Shown piece after piece: positions 59,617 through 64,000 of a DNA stretch of 64,000 bases. The DNA comes from Promethearchaeota archaeon. GTDB lineage: Archaea; Asgardarchaeota; Lokiarchaeia; Sigyniarchaeales; SOKP01. The stretch lies in assembly GCA_008080735.1 (NCBI GenBank), contig SHMW01000016.1:1-64000 (forward strand), written 5' to 3'. A program made the position numbers and the translations under genes. The notes under the pieces were generated by a model. That model did no database searches. It worked only from the letters and a program-made list of their open reading frames with translations, and was not told the origin of the DNA. Position 1 is the first letter of the stretch, and every line of letters begins with the position of its first letter.

Positions 59617-60117
59617 TTATTTTTTATAAATTTTGTTTTTTCCAATCATAAGGCATTTTACAAGACTTAAGGTTGCCATAAGTGAACCTTTAATTTTGAT
59701 TTTACGTGTTAAAATTTTTGGGAGCAATTTAGCAAGTCCGAATAAATTAGCTTTACTCCTTATTATGTTGCTAAACACTTTTAAGACCTTTTCTTCCTTG
59801 ACATTCATTATTACCGTGGCTACTGGATCTTTCGCGCGTTCCGCTCGGCATTCAAAATTTCTTTTTTTAGACACCAATGGAAAATTCAGATATCCATCAT
59901 ATGCAGGAATAAAAATTTCTACTTCTTGCCCCTCTCTCTTTCCTATTTTTTCAAAACCCTCTTCTAAACCAAAGAGATCAACTAACATATTAGCTAATCT
60001 GGCGAGATTCAAGAGTTTAGTTTCTTTTAATAAATTTTTAGCTTTATATTTCTGAAATGAATTTCCATCAACATCAGAATTTTCTTTAGTATTTTTATGA
60101 TTCAACGCTTGCTCCAT
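59617..60117 (-). CDS. SCP2 (sterol carrier protein 2)-like lipid-binding protein
   Basis: P.ATVIM..., L..KIKIKGSL...L C-terminal SCP2 pattern. Confidence 0.6.
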   Translation of the reverse strand: MEQALNHKNTKENSDVDGNSFQKYKAKNLLKETKLLNLARLANMLVDLFGLEEGFEKIGKREGQEVEIFIPAYDGYLNFPLVSKKRNFECRAERAKDPVATVIMNVKEEKVLKVFSNIIRSKANLFGLAKLLPKILTRKIKIKGSLMATLSLVKCLMIGKNKIYKK

Positions 60118-60545
60118 GATTTTAATCTAACACCTTCTAAAGATCATTATTTTGTATTTAATTTCATACAATATTAAGAATTACAGCAATACATATAATT
60201 AAATCTTTAGATATTTATTATTTCTCAATAGAATCTGAAATGAAATTAAATGATTATTTTGAGATTTTATTAAATATGTAGTCATTTTCTTAAAGATCAA
60301 AATGATAATTATAGAAAATTTGTTTAGTTCATTATGCTTAGATCATTTGCTTACATATCGAAGTATATGTACAGAAAGAAGTGCTTAGTTTATATTGTAT
60401 TCGAATAAATCCAACTAAAAACTGAGTCAAACAAAGGGGAGTAGCTTTCTATTCTTTTGCATTTTTATTAAAAATTAGCATATAATTTTTATATTCTTCC
60501 CACAATATTTCTATAAGATTAAAACAATTAAGGCATGATAAAAAA

Positions 60546-61229
60546 ATGTCATTATATTTTTGGTTAAATTTTTTGATTATTTTAGGTCCTCTTATTTTAT
60601 CATTTGATAAAAAGGTTGCATTTTGGCGTAGATGGCCTCCGCTCTTATTAAGTATGTTAATTGTCAGTACCACTTTTATAATATGGGATATAATTGTAAC
60701 CGCCATCGGTCATTGGTCATTCTCAGAATTTTATGCCGGAACATTTAAAATATTAGGGCTACCTTTAGGCGAATGGTTTTTTTTTATCGCTGTTCCATAT
60801 GCAACAATTTTCATCTACGAATGTGTTCGAGCATATTCAAAGGATAAAGAATATCATTTTAGCAAATATATTTTCATTGGAATTGGATTAATTGGGATAC
60901 TCCCGCTGATATTCTTCTTAAATAAAGGATACACGGTATTAATGGGAATAGTATTTTTAATCAATATGTTATTAATTGGATTATTTGGTTATGATAAATT
61001 CCGTTCAAGATGGACGTTAATTGGAATTTTACTGAGTTATATTCCTTTTTTGGTCTTTAATGGAGTTTTCACCTATTTACCAATCGTCTTATACAATCCA
61101 GAAGCGATTATTGGATTTAGAGTTATTTCTATTCCAATAGAGGATTTTTTTTATAGTTTTTCTCTTATTAGCCTTTCATTATTCTTCTATTTTCTAGTGA
61201 GAGAAAAATTTAGCATCAAAGGGGCTTAA
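60546..61229 (+). CDS. Lycopene cyclase, fused CrtYc/CrtYd type
   Basis: Two repeats: F..WD.....G.W.F...PLGE..FF and NG......YN....G.R...IPIEDFFY. Confidence 0.88.
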   Translation: MSLYFWLNFLIILGPLILSFDKKVAFWRRWPPLLLSMLIVSTTFIIWDIIVTAIGHWSFSEFYAGTFKILGLPLGEWFFFIAVPYATIFIYECVRAYSKDKEYHFSKYIFIGIGLIGILPLIFFLNKGYTVLMGIVFLINMLLIGLFGYDKFRSRWTLIGILLSYIPFLVFNGVFTYLPIVLYNPEAIIGFRVISIPIEDFFYSFSLISLSLFFYFLVREKFSIKGA

Positions 61230-61233
61230 TAAT

Positions 61234-62715
61234 ATGAAAAAAGCTGCAATCATCGGAGCAGGATTAGGCGGTTTATCTGCATCCATATATTTAAGTATTA
61301 AGGGATGGGATGTGGATGTTTATGAAGCTCAATTTTTTCCTGGTGGTAAAGCAGCCGAAGAATATCTTGATGGATATCGATTCGATATTGGACCTTCGCT
61401 GGTGACTATGCCATGGGTCTTTGCAGATGTATTTAAAGCTGCTGGAAAAAATATTAACGAGGAATTAACTCTTATAAAACTCAAAGAAATCTGCACTTAC
61501 TATCTCTCGGATGGTACTCATCTGAAAGCTTTGTCTGACTTAGAAGATTTTGGTGATGAGCTAGAGAAGATACATGAAGGGAGTCAAGAATCACTTATAG
61601 AATACTTGAAGGAAGCAAAAAAAGCATATAAATTAGGGGGAGAATTATTTCTCACAAAACCTATTCATGAAACTCGCACATTATTGAAATTGTCCACTCT
61701 TTCTAAATTAATTCGTTTCGCTGGAATTCATCCTTTAAGCACATTAAATAAGATTAATTCAAAATTCTTTAAAGATGCTCGATTAGTCCAGCTTTTTAAT
61801 AGATATGCTACTTATAATGGATCGGATCCATATCAGACTCCTGCGACAATGTTAATTATACCTTTTGTTGAATATGATGGTGGGGGTTATGGAATAAAAG
61901 AAGGGATATATGAGATTCCTAAAAGACTCCATAAAGCGGCAGAAGAATTAGGTGTAAAATTCTATTTTGGAGAGAAAGTAATGAAGATTAACAAGGAAAA
62001 AAAGAAAATAATTGGAATAACCCTAAATTCCGGATTTAAAGATTATGATGTAGTAATATCCGACGCTGATGTTCTCTATACATATGAGGAACTCCTCGAA
62101 TTGCCAGATGCAAAAAAAGCAAGGAGATATAGAAAACTCGAACCCAGTTCAAGTGGTATTGTATTTTATTGGGGCATCAACAGAACTTTTGAAGAGTTGT
62201 CTGTGAATAATATCTTCTTTTCATCAAATTACCCCGCTGAATTTCAGGCAATATTTGAAAATAAAACTATGCCTAAAGAACCTACTGTATATGTGAACAT
62301 AACTTCAAAATTAACCCCTTCTGATGCACCGAAAGATTGTGAAAATTGGTTTGTCCTTTTAAATGCTCCCGCAGATGAAAATCAAGATTGGGATTTTCTG
62401 GTTTCAAATGCAAGAAAAGCGACTATAAAGCTTTTATCAAAGCGTTTAGGTGTGGATATAAAATCTCATATCGTAACTGAGGGGGTTCTTACCCCTCCTG
62501 ACATAGAGAGGCGAACAAGTTCTACACACGGAAGCTTATATGGAATAAGTTCCAACACTACGAAGGCTGCATTTCTACGCCATAGAAATAGAAGTAAAGA
62601 AATAACAGGATTATATTTTTGTGGGGGAAGTGCTCACCCAGGTGGTGGAATGCCCCTTGTAATATTATCAGGTAAAATATGTGCTGAATTAGTAGAAAAA
62701 TATTCAGGTGATTAA
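61234..62715 (+). CDS. crtD: Phytoene-desaturase-family enzyme, CrtD-like (1-hydroxycarotenoid 3,4-desaturase)
   Basis: GAGLGGL, GYRFD.GPS, RYATYNGSDPY, GSLYG.SSN...AAFLRH.N, GGS.HPGGGMP; CrtD rather than CrtI is inferred from motifs and the cruF context. Confidence 0.75.
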   Translation: MKKAAIIGAGLGGLSASIYLSIKGWDVDVYEAQFFPGGKAAEEYLDGYRFDIGPSLVTMPWVFADVFKAAGKNINEELTLIKLKEICTYYLSDGTHLKALSDLEDFGDELEKIHEGSQESLIEYLKEAKKAYKLGGELFLTKPIHETRTLLKLSTLSKLIRFAGIHPLSTLNKINSKFFKDARLVQLFNRYATYNGSDPYQTPATMLIIPFVEYDGGGYGIKEGIYEIPKRLHKAAEELGVKFYFGEKVMKINKEKKKIIGITLNSGFKDYDVVISDADVLYTYEELLELPDAKKARRYRKLEPSSSGIVFYWGINRTFEELSVNNIFFSSNYPAEFQAIFENKTMPKEPTVYVNITSKLTPSDAPKDCENWFVLLNAPADENQDWDFLVSNARKATIKLLSKRLGVDIKSHIVTEGVLTPPDIERRTSSTHGSLYGISSNTTKAAFLRHRNRSKEITGLYFCGGSAHPGGGMPLVILSGKICAELVEKYSGD

Positions 62716-62717
62716 CC

Positions 62718-63428
62718 TTGGAAAAGAAAAAAATAAAATTATCAGACTGGAGAGTTCAAACTCTCATTTTATTTGTATTTTTCTTAGTAGGAATTATATG
62801 GCACGCATGGGACTTAACTTATCCATTCATGGTCATATTAACTCCCTATGTACTCTTAATTTCTGGGATCTGGGCAATCTACAAAAGTTTAAAATATAAA
62901 TATGTAATAGCATGGATAGGTATTGCATATATAGTCACCTTTTTCTTAGAGGTAGTCGGCGCTGAAACAGATTTAATTTTTGGTCCCTATTTTTATGGTG
63001 ATGGGCTTGGTCTTAAGTTGTTGAATGTACCCGTTGTAATTGGGTTGAATTGGGTATTTATTATTTTTTCACTAGTTTTATTTTCACAATGGCTAGTTAA
63101 AGAATTTTTAAATTTAGAAATAAACGCAAAAATCGAATTTGCATTAATAATTGTTTTAACGGCTAGTTTAGCAACATTATTTGATTTTATATTGGAACCC
63201 GCTGCAATTGGTTTAAATTATTGGAATTGGACATTAACTAGCAATCCCTATGATATTCCGATTCAAAATTATATTGCATGGTTTTTAATATCACTTCTAT
63301 TTGCATTCACTTTCTTATTAATTCCAAAGGAAAAAAGGATTGAATTGGAAGAAAGCCCTCATAGTCCTTGGTTTGTGGTTATCCAAGTTTTTTTCTTTAT
63401 CGGGATAAGAATTATTCTTCTCTTCTAG
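62718..63428 (+). CDS. cruF: Carotenoid 1,2-hydratase (CruF family)
   Basis: E..G..T..IFG.Y.YG..LG....VP..IG.NW, D...EP.A....YW.W, IP.QNY..W. Confidence 0.85.
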   Translation: MEKKKIKLSDWRVQTLILFVFFLVGIIWHAWDLTYPFMVILTPYVLLISGIWAIYKSLKYKYVIAWIGIAYIVTFFLEVVGAETDLIFGPYFYGDGLGLKLLNVPVVIGLNWVFIIFSLVLFSQWLVKEFLNLEINAKIEFALIIVLTASLATLFDFILEPAAIGLNYWNWTLTSNPYDIPIQNYIAWFLISLLFAFTFLLIPKEKRIELEESPHSPWFVVIQVFFFIGIRIILLF

Positions 63429-63520
63429 GAAAATTCTGTGCTAAAAATTCGCTACTTTACAAAAAGGTGTTATTGAAATCAATTGAAGATTTGGTATAAT
63501 TATCAAAAAAAAAATACTTT

Positions 63521-64000
63521 TTATAAACGAATTCTTATTAGAAGACGCTTTTTTAGATTTTGGGTGATATTTTCCATGGTCAAGATGTAATTCTGCTTAT
63601 TTCTTTGCATTTTTTTCTTATTATTGCGATATACCTCTAAGTATGGAATAATGGCAGGAATAGATTCTTCGAATTCTCTAAATGCTTGATGTAAAGGAAT
63701 AATAACTTGTTTTTTACCTCGCAAATTATATAAATAGTGTACTAAATGTTTCTTGAATTCAGAATCCTTTTGTGTGGGTAAAAAATATTGTAAAAAACTT
63801 TTTGATAAATCAGCACCGAATGGATTAATAGAATCTACATTTCCAATCCATTCTCTATCTAAATATAATTCTGCTTTTACTATATCTCTATTTCCAGTCA
63901 TATAAACATAAATATCTATGTGTTCTTGAAAGCCTCCAGTTTTCAATGATACTTTTTTCAATTCTGAGCTGAATTGTTCACTAGAGGATGTAACCAAATT
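63521..64000 (-). CDS. Hypothetical protein, 3' part only (starts beyond the window)
   Basis: Open frame extends to the window edge. Confidence 0.55.
   Translation of the reverse strand, partial: NLVTSSSEQFSSELKKVSLKTGGFQEHIDIYVYMTGNRDIVKAELYLDREWIGNVDSINPFGADLSKSFLQYFLPTQKDSEFKKHLVHYLYNLRGKKQVIIPLHQAFREFEESIPAIIPYLEVYRNNKKKMQRNKQNYILTMENITQNLKKRLLIRIRL

Noticed and set aside
60433-60445. AAAGGGGAGTAGC matches the 5' end of the yybP-ykoY Mn2+ riboswitch
   Set aside because: The downstream conserved elements (CGTCA loop, GCAAGACC) and pairing stems are absent, and the downstream gene is not a metal transporter.
611-62899. Numerous short antisense or overlapping ORFs in the track (e.g. 4908-5615, 25934-26299, 39390-39824, 59633-60055, 60449-60706)
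   Set aside because: They are shadows of well-supported genes on another strand or frame and have no recognisable motifs.

Overview
AT-rich, gene-dense archaeal chromosomal window. It is most consistent with an Asgard archaeon of the Lokiarchaeia/Promethearchaeia type (inference from TATA-like promoters, oligo-T terminators, a tungsten AOR, an expanded set of HgdAB-type dehydratases, SHOC2-like LRR proteins, and a membrane protein with a cytoplasmic longin-like domain). Housekeeping content includes glmS, purC, purSQL and a divergent purF, a P-type ATPase, ZupT, a VIT1-family protein, Hsp20, DtxR and PadR regulators, and a vapBC pair. The strongest theme is lipid/alkyl chemistry unusual for an anaerobic archaeon: (i) an intact-looking O2-dependent alkane monooxygenase AlkB directly behind an O2-sensitive HgdC/HgdB/HgdA radical dehydratase set; (ii) an alkyl-DHAP-synthase-like flavoprotein coupled to a CCG Fe-S protein near a glycerol kinase; (iii) an SCP2 lipid-carrier gene heading a second HgdBA operon; (iv) a crtYcd-crtD-cruF carotenoid cassette. 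Features missed by the ORF track: a 52-aa CdrS-like ribbon-helix-helix gene that can only start at ATT, a 49-aa ORF inside ~54-bp direct repeats, a 16-bp repeat flanking the dtxR gene, a long hairpin after hsp20, and a structured non-coding segment at the left edge. No tRNA, recognisable rRNA, CRISPR array or transposase was seen. All calls come from motif recognition by eye; no searches were run.
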